DNA from: an uncultured delta proteobacterium
GTDB taxonomy: Bacteria > Desulfobacterota > Binatia > Binatales > Binataceae
Direction of reading: 5' to 3'
DNA: 64,000 nucleotides
NCBI GenBank assembly: GCA_963808235.1
Contig: CAWEEQ010000004.1
Coordinates: forward strand, 1 to 64,000
A program made the translations under genes and the position numbers. Below are positions 30,308 to 41,105 of the stretch, piece by piece. A model generated the notes under the pieces. That model did no database searches and was not told where the DNA came from. It was given only the letters and a program-made list of their open reading frames with translations. Each line of letters opens with the position of its first letter. Within the stretch, counting starts at the first letter, position 1.

Positions 30308-30796
30308 TTAAGCGGCATCAAAAGACGACAGGAAGGACGCAACCTCGCGGTTGTTCGTCAACCGACGGACTGGAACGTCCGGGCCATGAGCGAGCCTGCT
30401 CGCCTCGATCAGCGGGCTGTTGATTCGATCGAAATTCCAAATGAATCGTAGCACCTTGGCCAGGTTACCAATTCGATGCGCCTCGCCCTTTTGAAACACG
30501 CGCGTGATTGAGTGTCGGGCGCAGAACAGTTTTGGGCGGTTGAGCCAGACCACCAGACTTGCGCGGGGCATGCGGATATCGAAGGTCGCGAGTGCAAAGT
30601 TGCCGTCGCTGATCCACGCATCACCGGCGTGCGCATGCTTCATCAACGCCCGGAAAGTGGGGACGTCATCCTTTCCCCAACCCGGGTGCCAGATGTCATC
30701 CAGGCAAATTACCGGCGCGCCGATCCGCCGACCGAGTTGTCGCGACAAGGTGGTCTTGCCGCTGCCCGCGCATCCCAGAACGACGATTCGCGGCAA
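30308..30796 (-). CDS. P-loop kinase, FlaR/topology-modulation-protein-like
   Basis: VLGCAGSGKTT, LDDIWHPGW, WISDGN. Confidence 0.8.
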   Translation of the reverse strand: MPRIVVLGCAGSGKTTLSRQLGRRIGAPVICLDDIWHPGWGKDDVPTFRALMKHAHAGDAWISDGNFALATFDIRMPRASLVVWLNRPKLFCARHSITRVFQKGEAHRIGNLAKVLRFIWNFDRINSPLIEASRLAHGPDVPVRRLTNNREVASFLSSFDAA

Positions 30797-31447
30797 TCAG
30801 ATCTTCTGATTCGTTTTGCGCCAGTCGGCCAGGAAGCGTTCGAGGCCTAGATCCGTCAGCGGATGATGCAGTGTCTGCTTGAGCACCGCGAACGGCACCG
30901 TCGCGATATCGGCGCCGAGTTCCGCCGCGCGCATCAGATGCGTTGCGCTGCGTACGGATGCGACCAGCACCTCCGCGGGGTAATCGTAGTTGGACAGTAT
31001 CTGCACCATCTGCTCGACGATCTGGAATCCGTCCTGGCCGATGTCGTCGAGACGTCCGATAAACGGCGACAGGAACGACGCGCCTACTTTCGCCGCCGCC
31101 ATCGCCTGCAGGGGAGTGAAGATCAACGTGACGTTGACCCTGATACCGCGTTTCGCGAGTGCGCCGGTCGCCTTCAGCCCCTCGATGATCATCGGGCACT
31201 TGACCACGATGTTCTTGTGAATCTTGGCGAGCTTCTCGCCCTCTTCGATCATCGCCGAGGCTTCGGTAGCGACCACCTCCGCGCTGATCGGACCGTCGAC
31301 GATTTCGCAAATCTCGCGCAGCACGTCATGGTACGGCTTACCGGTTTTCGCGATCAGGCTCGGATTGGTGGTGACGCCGTCGATGAGTCCCCAGCTCGAA
31401 GCCTCGCGAATCTCGGCGATGTCGGCAGTATCGATAAAATATTTCAT
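30797..31447 (-). CDS. fsa: Transaldolase / fructose-6-phosphate aldolase (short type)
   Basis: [45 protein letters not shown]. Confidence 0.94.
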   Translation of the reverse strand: MKYFIDTADIAEIREASSWGLIDGVTTNPSLIAKTGKPYHDVLREICEIVDGPISAEVVATEASAMIEEGEKLAKIHKNIVVKCPMIIEGLKATGALAKRGIRVNVTLIFTPLQAMAAAKVGASFLSPFIGRLDDIGQDGFQIVEQMVQILSNYDYPAEVLVASVRSATHLMRAAELGADIATVPFAVLKQTLHHPLTDLGLERFLADWRKTNQKI

Positions 31448-31998
31448 CGGGTGGATACCTCACGCTTGGGCGTTTGCGGACGGAGCAGGTCCGCTCGGGC
31501 AAGTGTAACACGAAACGGCGACTTAAGGCCCGCGAGCATCTCGGAAATGGAAGCGTTGAGTTTGGGATGAATCAGCGCTGGCGCCAACTCGCTCATCGGG
31601 GCAAGCACGAACCTGCGCTCGTGGAGCCGCGGATGAGGTACCTTGACGGTCCGCGTGTCGATCGTTTCCTTGTTGAAGAAGAGAAGGTCCAGATCGATGA
31701 TACGCGAACGGTATTTGCCGCGAGTCTGCTTGCGCCCTTTGACCCGCTTGCGGCCCATGATTCGCTCGATCGCGAGCAGCCGGCGCATCAGGACTTCGGC
31801 GCCGATCTCTGTCTCGACTTCGATCACGCCGTTCAGGAACGCGCCCTTCAGATCGCCCATCGGTTCGGTCTCGTAGATCGAGGATTGGCGCACGACCCTG
31901 GTGTCCGGGATCGCAGCGATACGCTGAGTCGCCTCGCGATAATTGGCGGCACGATCGCCTAAATTACTGCCTAATCCGATGAAAGCCCGATTGGGCAT
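31444..31998 (-). CDS. folK: 2-amino-4-hydroxy-6-hydroxymethyldihydropteridine pyrophosphokinase
   Basis: [43 protein letters not shown]. Confidence 0.96.
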   Translation of the reverse strand: MPNRAFIGLGSNLGDRAANYREATQRIAAIPDTRVVRQSSIYETEPMGDLKGAFLNGVIEVETEIGAEVLMRRLLAIERIMGRKRVKGRKQTRGKYRSRIIDLDLLFFNKETIDTRTVKVPHPRLHERRFVLAPMSELAPALIHPKLNASISEMLAGLKSPFRVTLARADLLRPQTPKREVSTR

Positions 31999-32007
31999 CC
32001 TCTCCGT

Positions 32008-33195
32008 TTACAACCGTAGCGCTTTTAGTCGGTCCACCGCCTCGACCAACCGTTCGCTCGACACCGTAAGCGAAAAGCGAACGTATCCCTCACCACCCTT
32101 GCCGAACCCGGAGCCGGGGGTGATTGCGACCCCGGCTTCCTTCAACACGCGCTCGGTAAACGACACCGAAGTGTAGCCACGTGGTACTTTTGTCCAGACG
32201 TAGAAAGTTGCGCGCGGCATTTCGCATTCGAGGCCGAGCGCTCTGAGAGCGCCGACCAGCACGTCGCGACGCTCCTTGTAGATTGCGCAATACTCGGCGA
32301 GCTTGTCGCCGTCGCCGGCCTCGAGCCCGGTGATCGCGGCCTCCTGCACCGCCTGGAAGACGCCCGAGTCCATGTTGGTTTTGACTTTGCCGAGCGCGCC
32401 GATCAACTGCGCGTTGCCGATTGCGAATCCGACCCGCCACCCGGTCATCGAGAAAGTTTTGGACAACGAATGGAACTCGATCGCACAATCGCGCGAGCCT
32501 TCGGCCTGGAACACACTCGGCGCGCGGTAACCGTCGTAGGCAATCTCCGAGTAAGCGCTGTCGTGGGCGAGGATGATGTCATTCTTCAGACAAAATTTGA
32601 CCGCATTTTCAAAGAACGACAGCTCGACGGTCGCGGCGGTGGGATTGTTCGGATAGTTGAGCCAGAGCATCTTGGCCCGCCGCGCAACTTCCGGCGGAAT
32701 CGAGGCGAGGTCGGGAACAAATCCGTTTTCTTTTTTGAGCGTCAGGAAATACGGCTCGCCGCCGTTGAAGACGCATCCCGAGTAATAGACCGGATAGCCG
32801 GGATCGGGAATCAGCACGATATCGCCGGGATCGACGACCGCGGTGGAAAAATTCGCGATGCCTTCCTTCGATCCGATCAGCGCACAAACTTCGCGCTGAG
32901 CATCGAAGCTCGCGCCGAAGCGGCGCTTGTACCAATCCGCGGCGGTCTGGCGAAACTGCGGCAGGCCTTCGTAGTCGGGGTAGCGATGATTTTCGGGATC
33001 GTCGGCGGTGCGCTTCAGACTCTCGACGATATGACGCGGGGTGGGCAAGTCCGGGTCGCCGATTCCGAGGCTGATTACGTCGACGCCTTTGCTCTGGACC
33101 TCCTTCTTCAGGCGGTCAAGCTCGGCGAACAGGTAGGGCGGCAAGAGACCCAGTCGGGAAGCTGTCTTAATTTGCACCTGTCCTAGCAGCCTCAA
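32008..33195 (-). CDS. dapL: LL-diaminopimelate aminotransferase (class I/II PLP)
   Basis: LPPYLFAEL, LGIGDPD, LIGSKEG, NYPNNPT, HDSAY, SLSKTFSMTGWRVG, NMDSG; start may be GTG 33177. Confidence 0.88.
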   Translation of the reverse strand: MRLLGQVQIKTASRLGLLPPYLFAELDRLKKEVQSKGVDVISLGIGDPDLPTPRHIVESLKRTADDPENHRYPDYEGLPQFRQTAADWYKRRFGASFDAQREVCALIGSKEGIANFSTAVVDPGDIVLIPDPGYPVYYSGCVFNGGEPYFLTLKKENGFVPDLASIPPEVARRAKMLWLNYPNNPTAATVELSFFENAVKFCLKNDIILAHDSAYSEIAYDGYRAPSVFQAEGSRDCAIEFHSLSKTFSMTGWRVGFAIGNAQLIGALGKVKTNMDSGVFQAVQEAAITGLEAGDGDKLAEYCAIYKERRDVLVGALRALGLECEMPRATFYVWTKVPRGYTSVSFTERVLKEAGVAITPGSGFGKGGEGYVRFSLTVSSERLVEAVDRLKALRL

Positions 33196-33560
33196 AAGCC
33201 AGTAATCTTACGTAAGTACCATACTTTTTGCACAGTCGAAACTGCCTGCCGTTATAAATCGACGTTCTCCCCCAATGAGAATCCACAGGTGAACCATGTC
33301 AGAACGCGAGTGGTGCCATCATCGCCGGGCCCGTTAGCATTAAATTAACTTGATTAGCGATGGTTGTATTGTTAGAAATTTTAACTATCAAACGCTGGCG
33401 CTTGAGGCGCGTTCAGGTCTATTCAGGAAAAACGCTTTTCATTCTTTTGTGAGAAGCAGGGTCTCTGCGGATAGGTTTTGTTGCTCGGAGATGGGATTCC
33501 ATCTGCCGCGCGTTTCGATGAACTGTTCTCGGCGCCTGTAGTCGATCTTCTGTCGTGAGC

Positions 33561-34076
33561 ATGAATCGCATAGTGCTTCCGCTCGCCCTGCTCCTGCTCA
33601 TCTTCGGGGGCGCCGTGATGGCATTCTCACAGCGGCCATGGGCGCCGCGCGCTGATGTCGTTCAGCCGATCCCGTTCAGCCATCGAATTCACGCCGGGGT
33701 CAACAAGATCCCGTGTCAGTACTGCCACGCCTATGCGAGCCGATCGTCGGAGCCCGGCGTTCCAGCGGTCGCGCGATGCGTCGGATGCCACGGCAGCGGA
33801 ATTGCGGGCGGCGGAATCCAGCCGGTGACCCGCCCGTGGACCGACGATGCTCAGCCGCCGTTCGAAATCCAGTGGAACCGGGTGTACACGCTGCCCGACT
33901 TCGTGCGCTTCACGCATCGGCCGCATATCCACGCCGGCATCGAATGCCAAAGTTGTCACGGCCCGGTCCAGACGATGGATCGAATCGTGCCAGTGGTCGA
34001 AATCAACATGGGCTTTTGCGTCGATTGTCATACCCAGCGCAGCGCCACGCTCGACTGCGTCGGATGTCATCACTGA
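33561..34076 (+). CDS. actA: Alternative complex III pentaheme cytochrome c
   Basis: N-terminal TM, QPIPFSHRIH, five CxxCH motifs, LPDFVRFTH, NMGFC. Confidence 0.9.
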   Translation: MNRIVLPLALLLLIFGGAVMAFSQRPWAPRADVVQPIPFSHRIHAGVNKIPCQYCHAYASRSSEPGVPAVARCVGCHGSGIAGGGIQPVTRPWTDDAQPPFEIQWNRVYTLPDFVRFTHRPHIHAGIECQSCHGPVQTMDRIVPVVEINMGFCVDCHTQRSATLDCVGCHH

Positions 34077-34079
34077 GGG

Positions 34080-37012
34080 ATGAATCGAATGCGAGACGGG
34101 TTATCCAGACGATCGTTCATCAAGCTGGCCGCAACCGCGGGCGCGGCGGCGGCGATCCCCGGATGCGAACCGGCCGCGCGCAAGCTGATTCCATACGTCG
34201 TGCCCGATGAGAATGTCGCCCCCGGCATCCCGAGTTTCTTTGCGACGACCTGTTCCGAGTGTCCCGCCGGATGCGGCGTCGTCGCGCGCATCAGGGAAGG
34301 CCGGGTCATCAAGCTGGAAGGAAATCCCGCCGATCCGATCGGAAGTGGAGCGTTGTGCGCTCGCGGTCAAGCCGCGCTGCAGGGCCTCTACAGTCCCGAC
34401 CGCGCCGCACATCCGCAAATTCGTGCTGAGCATAGCGCGCTGCGCACCGTCTCATGGGATGAAGCCGGGCAACTGCTGAGTCAGCGGCTCGCCGCGGCGT
34501 CGAAGGCGGGCAAGGACCGGGTCGCATTTCTAGGATCGCCGCAGGGCCCGACCTTCGCGAAAATCGTGCACGCTTTTCTCGGCGCGTACGGATCAGATCA
34601 TCGCGCGCGATATTTTATGAGCCAATAAATCACGAGGCGGCGCGAAGGGCCGCGAAGACACTCTTCGGCAGGCGCGATCTGCCGATCTATCGAATCGACC
34701 AGGCTGAGGTGCTGATTTCTTTCGGCGCGGACTTTCTCGAGACGTGGCAATCGCCGGTCGAGTACGCGCGCCAGTACTCGCTCTTCCGCACCCCGCAAAA
34801 GCGCCGCGGCAGTCTGACCATTGGTCGCGCGACCTACGTCGGTCCGCGGCTCAGCATGACCGCGTCGAAGTGCGACGACTGGATTTCGACCGCACCCGGC
34901 GGCGAGGCTGAGGTCGCGTGGAGCGTGCTGAATGTTGTCCTCAAGAGCCGGAGTCCCGCCGCGAACTCGGGATTCGATATGGCGGCACTTGGCAAGGCGG
35001 TCGCGAATCACGATCCCAGCGCGGTGAGCGCGCGAACCGGCATCCCGGCCGAGACAATTTCGCAACTGGGAGCGGCGATCCTCAACGCGAGCGGCGCGCT
35101 CGCAATCGCCGGCACTGATGATCCGTCGGCGCATCTTGCGGCGATGCTCTTAAACGCGGTCACCGGGAATTTCGGCAAGACCGCGATGTTCTTCGAAGAT
35201 GCTCCCGCCGAAGATGTCAGCACGCCCGACGACATTGACGCGGCGATGGCTGCGATGCTCGACGGCAAGATCGACGTGCTCGTCATCGCGGGCGGAAATC
35301 CGATTTTCACGATGCCCGCGTCGGCGGGGATGGCCGAGGCGATGCAGAAAGTTCCCTTCGTGGTGTGGACGGGTGGCGTGCCCGATGAGACCGCGGCGAT
35401 GGCGAATCTGATCTTGCCGGCGCATCATCCGCTCGAGTCGTGGCGTGACACCGCGCCGCGTGCGGGCGTGCGCGGACTCGGCCAGCCCGTGATGCAGCCA
35501 GTGTTCGACAGCAGGCCGGTCGGCGATATCCTGCTCACCGCGTCCGCCGCGTCGGGCGCGAAACTTCCGTTCGCCAACACTGCGGAGGCCATAAAAACCG
35601 AATGGCTCGGGTTGGCTCCCAAACCCGACGTGACTCAGGAAAGCGATGCTAACGATTTCTGGGTGAACGTTCGCCGCGAAGGAGGACTGTTCGAAGAGCA
35701 ACACGTTGCGCCACTCAAGCTCGATACCTCGACTCTCAAGCCGCCCGCGCCGAGCACTGCATCCACCGAACTTTCCATGTATGCGTACCCGCATATTTTT
35801 CTCTATGACGGGCGCGGCGCCGACAAGACGTGGCTGCAGGAATTGCCCGAGCCGGTCACGCAAATCGTGTGGGACAGTTGGGCCGAGATTCATCCCGACA
35901 CCGCGCGCAAGCTCGGCGTTGCCGAGAACGATATCCTCGAACTGAAGACCGAGCACGGCGCGATCGAAGCGCCGGTGCTGATCGCGAGCACGGTGCATCC
36001 CGGCGTGATCGCGGTGCCGCTCGGACAGGGGCATCGCGCGTATGGCCGCTACGCAAAGGACGTCGGCGCAAATCCATGGACGATTCTGCCCACCGGCAAA
36101 TCCAGTGTCGTGGTAACGGCGCGCGCGACGGCAGTGAAACGCGCGCTGGTCTCGCCACTCGGCAAGAGCGACATGATGGGCCGCTCGATTGTCGAAGCGA
36201 TGAGTATCGAGCAGCTCGCGCGCGGCGAAGTTCCCCGCACCGAGGCCGAAGAAGTCACCGGGCCGTCAGAATTCTATCCCGCGTGGAAATATCCGAAGCA
36301 CAAGTGGGGCATGACGATTGACGTGAACGCGTGCACCGGATGCAGCGCGTGCGTGACCGCATGCTACGCGGAAAACAATGTTCCGACGGTGGGCAAGGAG
36401 GGCGTCGACAACGGCCGAATCATGTCGTGGATTCGGATCGAGCGTTATTTTCCGTCGCCAGAGAAAGCTGCCGAAGCGCCGCAGCTGTACCTCGCGCCGA
36501 TGCTCTGCCAGCAGTGCGATCACGCGCCGTGCGAGCCGGTTTGCCCGGTCTTCGCGTCGTATCACACTGAAGAAGGTCTCAACGGCCAAGTCTACAATCG
36601 ATGCGTCGGCACGCGCTATTGCGAGAACAACTGCCCCTACAAAGTGCGCCGCTTCAACTGGTTCGTGCCCGAGTGGCCCGAGCCGCTTAACCTGCAGCTC
36701 AATCCCGACGTGACGGTGCGCGGCGCCGGCGTGATGGAGAAATGCACCTTCTGCATCCAGCGAATACAGTTCGGCGAGCTCAACGCGAAGACCGAGGATC
36801 GCCAACTGCGCGATGGCGAAATCGTCACCGCGTGCCAGCAGGCGTGTCCGACCCGCGCGATTACGTTTGGCGACATCAATGATCCCGCGAGCGCGATGAT
36901 GCGCCGGCGCGATGACAACAAGCTGCGCAACTATCGCGCGCTCGAAGAACTCAACACCCAACCCGCGATCACTTATCTGCGCGATCTCTATCGCGAGAAA
37001 GGAAAGGCGTGA
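34080..37012 (+). CDS. actB: Alternative complex III ActB (Mo-oxidoreductase-like domain + FeS domain), frameshift near 34605
   Basis: Tat signal SRRSFIK + lipobox-like IPGC; CX2CX3CX27C; shifting frame in cgcgcgcg gives AIFYEPINHEAARRAAKTLFG...LISFGADFLETW; C-terminal CTGCSACVTAC, CQQC..APCEPVC, CVGTRYCENNC, CTFC..CQQAC. Confidence 0.88.
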
Positions 37013-38370
37013 TGGCAGCAGCGCCGAAAGTACCGCTCGAGCCGAGTTACAGCGATATCGATCGCAGCGTACTCAGCATATTGCGGACGCCCGGCATGCT
37101 TTACTGGGCATGGGTCGGGTTCTGCTTCACGCTGGTTGGAATCGCCGGCGCTCTCTGGGCGCGGCAGATCTACTCAGGCCTCGGCGTGACGGGACTTCGC
37201 CAGCCCGTCATGTGGGCGATCTACATTACGAACTTCGTCTTCTGGGTCGGAATCGCGCACTCGGGAACGCTGATCTCGGCGATTCTGTTCTTGTTCCGCA
37301 CCAAGTGGAGGACCGCCGTCTATCGCGCCGCCGAGACGATGACTATCTTCGCGGTCGCTACCGCTGGACTCTTCCCGCTGATCCATCTTGGCCGCGTCTG
37401 GTTCTTCTACTGGCTGCTGCCCTATCCCAACGAGCGCTACCTGCAACCCGACTTCCGCTCGCCGCTGGTCTGGGACGCATTCGCAGTCAGCACTTATCTC
37501 ACTGTCAGCGCGCTGTTCTGGACGATGGGATTGATTCCAGACATCGCCAATGCGCGCGAGGCCGCGGTCGGCTGGCGCAAAACAATATTCACCGTGCTCG
37601 CGATGGGATGGCAGGGCACCGACCGCCAATGGCGTCACTACTCGATGGTCTACCTGCTGATGGCCGGGCTCGCGACTCCGCTCGTGCTCTCGGTCCATTC
37701 GGTGGTGTCATGGGATTTCGCGATGGCGATAAATCCGGGATGGCATAGCACGATCTTCGCGCCGTACTTCGTCGCCGGCGCGATTTTCTCCGGCGTCGCG
37801 ATGGTCATGACGCTGCTGATCCCGATGCGCAAGCTGCTCGGAATCGAAGACCTGCTGACCCCGTGGCATTTCGACAATCTCGCCAAAGTGGTGCTGCTCA
37901 CGTCGCTCGTCGTCTCCTATGCATACATCACCGAAGCCTTCATGACCTGGTACGCGGGCGATCCGATCGAGCAGATGACCTTTCACATGCGCTACTTCGG
38001 GCCGTGGGGCTGGATGTACTGGGTGATGGTGCTCTGCAACTGCGTCATACCGCTGTTGCTGTTCTCGCCGCGCATCCGGGTCAATCTGACGTTGCTCTGG
38101 ATAATCACGATTTTCGTGAACATCGGAATGTGGTTCGAGCGCTTCGTGATCATAGCGGGATCGCTGACCGCGAACTTCGAGCCGTCGCAGTGGGCCAGCT
38201 ATCGTCCGTCGATCACCGAAATAATGATCACGGTGGGCAGCTTCGCGTGGTTCGTCGGTTTGTTCTCGCTGTTCGTAAAATTTTTGCCGATCGTTTCGAT
38301 GACCGAATTGAAAGAGGGAATCGTCTGGCTGCGAAAAGCCCTGAGGAAAGGCTACTCCACCGCTGCATGA
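37012..38370 (+). CDS. actC: Alternative complex III ActC (NrfD/PsrC family quinol-binding subunit)
   Basis: ITNFVFWVGIAHSGTLIS, RAAETMT, IHLGRVW, FRSPLVWD, SVHSVVSWDFA, WHSTIFAPYFVAGAI. Confidence 0.93.
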   Translation: MAAAPKVPLEPSYSDIDRSVLSILRTPGMLYWAWVGFCFTLVGIAGALWARQIYSGLGVTGLRQPVMWAIYITNFVFWVGIAHSGTLISAILFLFRTKWRTAVYRAAETMTIFAVATAGLFPLIHLGRVWFFYWLLPYPNERYLQPDFRSPLVWDAFAVSTYLTVSALFWTMGLIPDIANAREAAVGWRKTIFTVLAMGWQGTDRQWRHYSMVYLLMAGLATPLVLSVHSVVSWDFAMAINPGWHSTIFAPYFVAGAIFSGVAMVMTLLIPMRKLLGIEDLLTPWHFDNLAKVVLLTSLVVSYAYITEAFMTWYAGDPIEQMTFHMRYFGPWGWMYWVMVLCNCVIPLLLFSPRIRVNLTLLWIITIFVNIGMWFERFVIIAGSLTANFEPSQWASYRPSITEIMITVGSFAWFVGLFSLFVKFLPIVSMTELKEGIVWLRKALRKGYSTAA

Positions 38371-38885
38371 GTACGATCGCGATCATAGGTTCGTTTTCCG
38401 ATGACACTCGATGCGCGCGAGCGATTGAGGCTCTTCGCGCGGCGCAAATCGGCGACCTCAAAACCTTCTCGCCGATTCCGAGTCATAAAATCGAACACGC
38501 AATCGGCCGCAAAAAGAGCCCGGTGCGATGGATCGTGCTGGCGGGCGGAATCTCGGGTGTGCTTACCGGGCTCGCGATAACGATTGGAACGACTTACGAG
38601 TGGCGCCTCAATGCCGGTGGCAAACCGCTCATCTCGGGGCCGCCGTTTCTCATCATCTGCTTCGAGCTGATGATTCTGCTCGGCGGAATTTTCGGCTTTT
38701 TCGGAGTGCTGGGGCTTGCTGGTCTGCCCGCGACCGAGAGCGCGCCCGGGTACGACGGACGCTTCGGTGGAGATCGGTTTGGAATCGTAGTGCGATGCGA
38801 CGAGACGGACGCCGCGCACGTCGAGTCGATACTGAAGGAATCGAACGCCGAAGATGTCGTACGTGAAGAGGCGCCGCAGCCATGA
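38367..38885 (+). CDS. actD: Alternative complex III ActD (DUF3341)
   Basis: TFSPIP, two TMs, LNAGGKP, FELMILLG, YDGRFGGDRFGI; ATGA overlaps at both ends. Confidence 0.88.
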   Translation: MSTIAIIGSFSDDTRCARAIEALRAAQIGDLKTFSPIPSHKIEHAIGRKKSPVRWIVLAGGISGVLTGLAITIGTTYEWRLNAGGKPLISGPPFLIICFELMILLGGIFGFFGVLGLAGLPATESAPGYDGRFGGDRFGIVVRCDETDAAHVESILKESNAEDVVREEAPQP

Positions 38886-40099
38886 GCACGACGCTCAAAG
38901 CCGTTCGCGGCGATAGCGATTCCGCAGTGCGGCCAGTCGAGTCGGTCGCCGGCACTACCACGATGGCCGTGGGATGCGTGCTGGTCGCGCTCGGCGCGAT
39001 CGGATTCGCGATCGCGCTGCTGCGCGGCGACGCCGCGACGGCTTGGGAAGCCTACCTGGTCAATCTGCTGTTTTTCCTCGGCGTCGCGCAGGGCGCGGTG
39101 GTCGCGTCCGCGTCGTTCTACCTGACCCAGGCGAAGTGGGGTGGCTCGACGCCGTATCGCCTCGGCGAGGCCTTCGCGCCGTTCCTGTGGGTGGGAGTCA
39201 TTCTGTTCTTCGGCTTGTACTTCGGACGCGCCGCGATTTTTCCATGGGTGACGCATCCGATCGCGCAGAAGGCCGCATGGCTGAACGTTCCATTTCTATT
39301 CGCGCGCGACGGAATAGGACTCGCAGTGATGGCCATCGCGAGCAACGCGTTCGTTCGAATCTCGCGCCGCGACGATGCACGAGCATGGACGATCGCCACC
39401 GACGACATCGAGATGCCGCCGCATTCGATTCGCGTGATCGCTCCGCTGCTCGCCGTGCTGTACGCCGTCGTCTACACGCTCATCGCCTTCGACTTGGTCA
39501 TGTCGCTTGCGCCGGTTTGGAGGAGCACGCTGTTCGGCTGGTACTTTTTCGCGGGAGCGTTTTGGAGCGGTCTGACCGCAATGGCTCTCACAGCGGTCGT
39601 GCTCCGCAAGCAGTTGGGCGCGAACAACCTGTTCATGAATCCCGTTGTGACGCACGATCTCGGTAAAATGGTTTTTGCATTCTCAGTCTTCTGGGTTTAC
39701 CTGCTGTTCGCGCAATACATTGTGATCTGGTACGGCGACCTTCCGGTGGAAACTTTCTTTATCGTCCAGCGCGTCCATCACATGCCGTGGTCGCCGCTCT
39801 CGGTAGCATGCGTGATTCTGATCTGGGCAATTCCGTTTTGCGTGCTGATGAGCGTGCGCGCCAAGCAGACTCCGTGGGTGCTTGGGCCGGTCGCCGCGCT
39901 CGGCCTCATCGGGATGTGGCTTGAGCGATACGTTCTCGTGGTTCCGTCGCTGTCGCTCGACGCGATTCCGTTTGGCCCGACGCAATTTCTGATCACGATC
40001 GGTTTCCTCGGCGCGTTCTTGATTTGCGCAGTGCCTGGATTGAACCGCGTCGCCCAGGCCGCGACCTCGGGCGAACCGGCTGGAGACCTCGTCGAATGA
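38882..40099 (+). CDS. actF: Alternative complex III ActF membrane subunit
   Basis: KAAWLNVPFLFAR, AFDLVMSLAPVWRSTLFG, HDLGKMVFAFSVFWVYLLFAQYIVIWYG.LP.E. Confidence 0.88.
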   Translation: MSTTLKAVRGDSDSAVRPVESVAGTTTMAVGCVLVALGAIGFAIALLRGDAATAWEAYLVNLLFFLGVAQGAVVASASFYLTQAKWGGSTPYRLGEAFAPFLWVGVILFFGLYFGRAAIFPWVTHPIAQKAAWLNVPFLFARDGIGLAVMAIASNAFVRISRRDDARAWTIATDDIEMPPHSIRVIAPLLAVLYAVVYTLIAFDLVMSLAPVWRSTLFGWYFFAGAFWSGLTAMALTAVVLRKQLGANNLFMNPVVTHDLGKMVFAFSVFWVYLLFAQYIVIWYGDLPVETFFIVQRVHHMPWSPLSVACVILIWAIPFCVLMSVRAKQTPWVLGPVAALGLIGMWLERYVLVVPSLSLDAIPFGPTQFLITIGFLGAFLICAVPGLNRVAQAATSGEPAGDLVE

Positions 40100-41094
40100 T
40101 CCGCCGTAATTCATCGATACTCGCGGCGCTCGCTCTCGCGGGATGCTCCGCCAAGGGCCGTCCGATGACTACGCTCGCGCCAAAGTCGGACCTCGCCAAT
40201 TGGATCCAGGGCCTGTTCATCCAGGTGACGCTCTGGGACGCGCTGGTGTTTACTATCGTCGTCGTCGCGTTCATCCTCGCGGTGTTTGTCTTCTCGACGC
40301 GGGTCGGTGAAGCTGCGCCGGCCACCACCGCATCATCAGATCTCGGCCTCGAAATTGCCTGGACGCTCGGCCCCGCGCTCATCCTCTTGATGATCACGAT
40401 TCCTACGATACGCACGATCTTCCGCTCGCAACCCAACCTCGTGCCGGCCGGCGGATTACAAATCAAAGTCGTCGCGCATCAATGGTGGTGGGAATTTCAA
40501 TATCCCGACGGTCTCAAGACCAGCAACGAACTGCACATTCCGGTTAACCGCCCGATTCGGCTCGAACTTGAGTCCGGCGACATCATCCACAGCTTCTGGG
40601 TGCCTCAACTCGGCGGCAAGCGCGACGTCGTGCCGGGCCAAATCAATCAGCTTACGTTTATCGCGAACACCGCCGGAATGTATCCGGGACAATGCGCCGA
40701 GTTCTGCGGCCTGTCGCACGCGAACATGCGCTTTCGAGTCTTCGTCGATTCGCCGGATGATTTCGCCGCGTGGGATAAGGCTCAGCTCGCGGGACCAATG
40801 AGCGCGCCGCCGAACGATCTCGCGGCGATCGACGGCGCAAAAGTTTTCGCGAACAGCCCGTGTACCGCCTGTCACATGATCCAGGGCGTGTCGAAGGGAT
40901 ACATCGGCCCCGACTTGACGCATTTCGGCAGCCGCACGACGCTCGCGGCAGGCGTCCTAAAAAATACTCCGGATAACGTCGCCAAATGGATCGCGAATCC
41001 TGGCGAAATCAAGCCGGGCGCGAATATGCCGCCGCTACTGCTGCCCGGCCCGAAAATGAACGCGCTGGTCGCGTACCTCGAGAGTCTGAAGTAG
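40096..41094 (+). CDS. coxB: Cytochrome c oxidase subunit II with fused cytochrome c (caa3 type)
   Basis: Lipobox LAGC, HQWWWEF, HSFWVP, CAEFCGLSHANM (CuA), C-terminal CTACH...M. Confidence 0.95.
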   Translation: MIRRNSSILAALALAGCSAKGRPMTTLAPKSDLANWIQGLFIQVTLWDALVFTIVVVAFILAVFVFSTRVGEAAPATTASSDLGLEIAWTLGPALILLMITIPTIRTIFRSQPNLVPAGGLQIKVVAHQWWWEFQYPDGLKTSNELHIPVNRPIRLELESGDIIHSFWVPQLGGKRDVVPGQINQLTFIANTAGMYPGQCAEFCGLSHANMRFRVFVDSPDDFAAWDKAQLAGPMSAPPNDLAAIDGAKVFANSPCTACHMIQGVSKGYIGPDLTHFGSRTTLAAGVLKNTPDNVAKWIANPGEIKPGANMPPLLLPGPKMNALVAYLESLK

Positions 41095-41105
41095 GGAGCA
41101 TCGCC

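Noticed and set aside
33330-33395. FNR/CRP box upstream of actA
   Set aside because: Only half-sites (TTGAT, ATCAA) without the correct 4-bp spacing.
34080-37012. Molybdoenzyme (polysulfide/nitrate reductase) or two separate genes
   Set aside because: Context (actA/C/D/F + oxidase) and the fused FeS domain fit ActB; one frame correction joins both ORFs; no Mo ligand evident.
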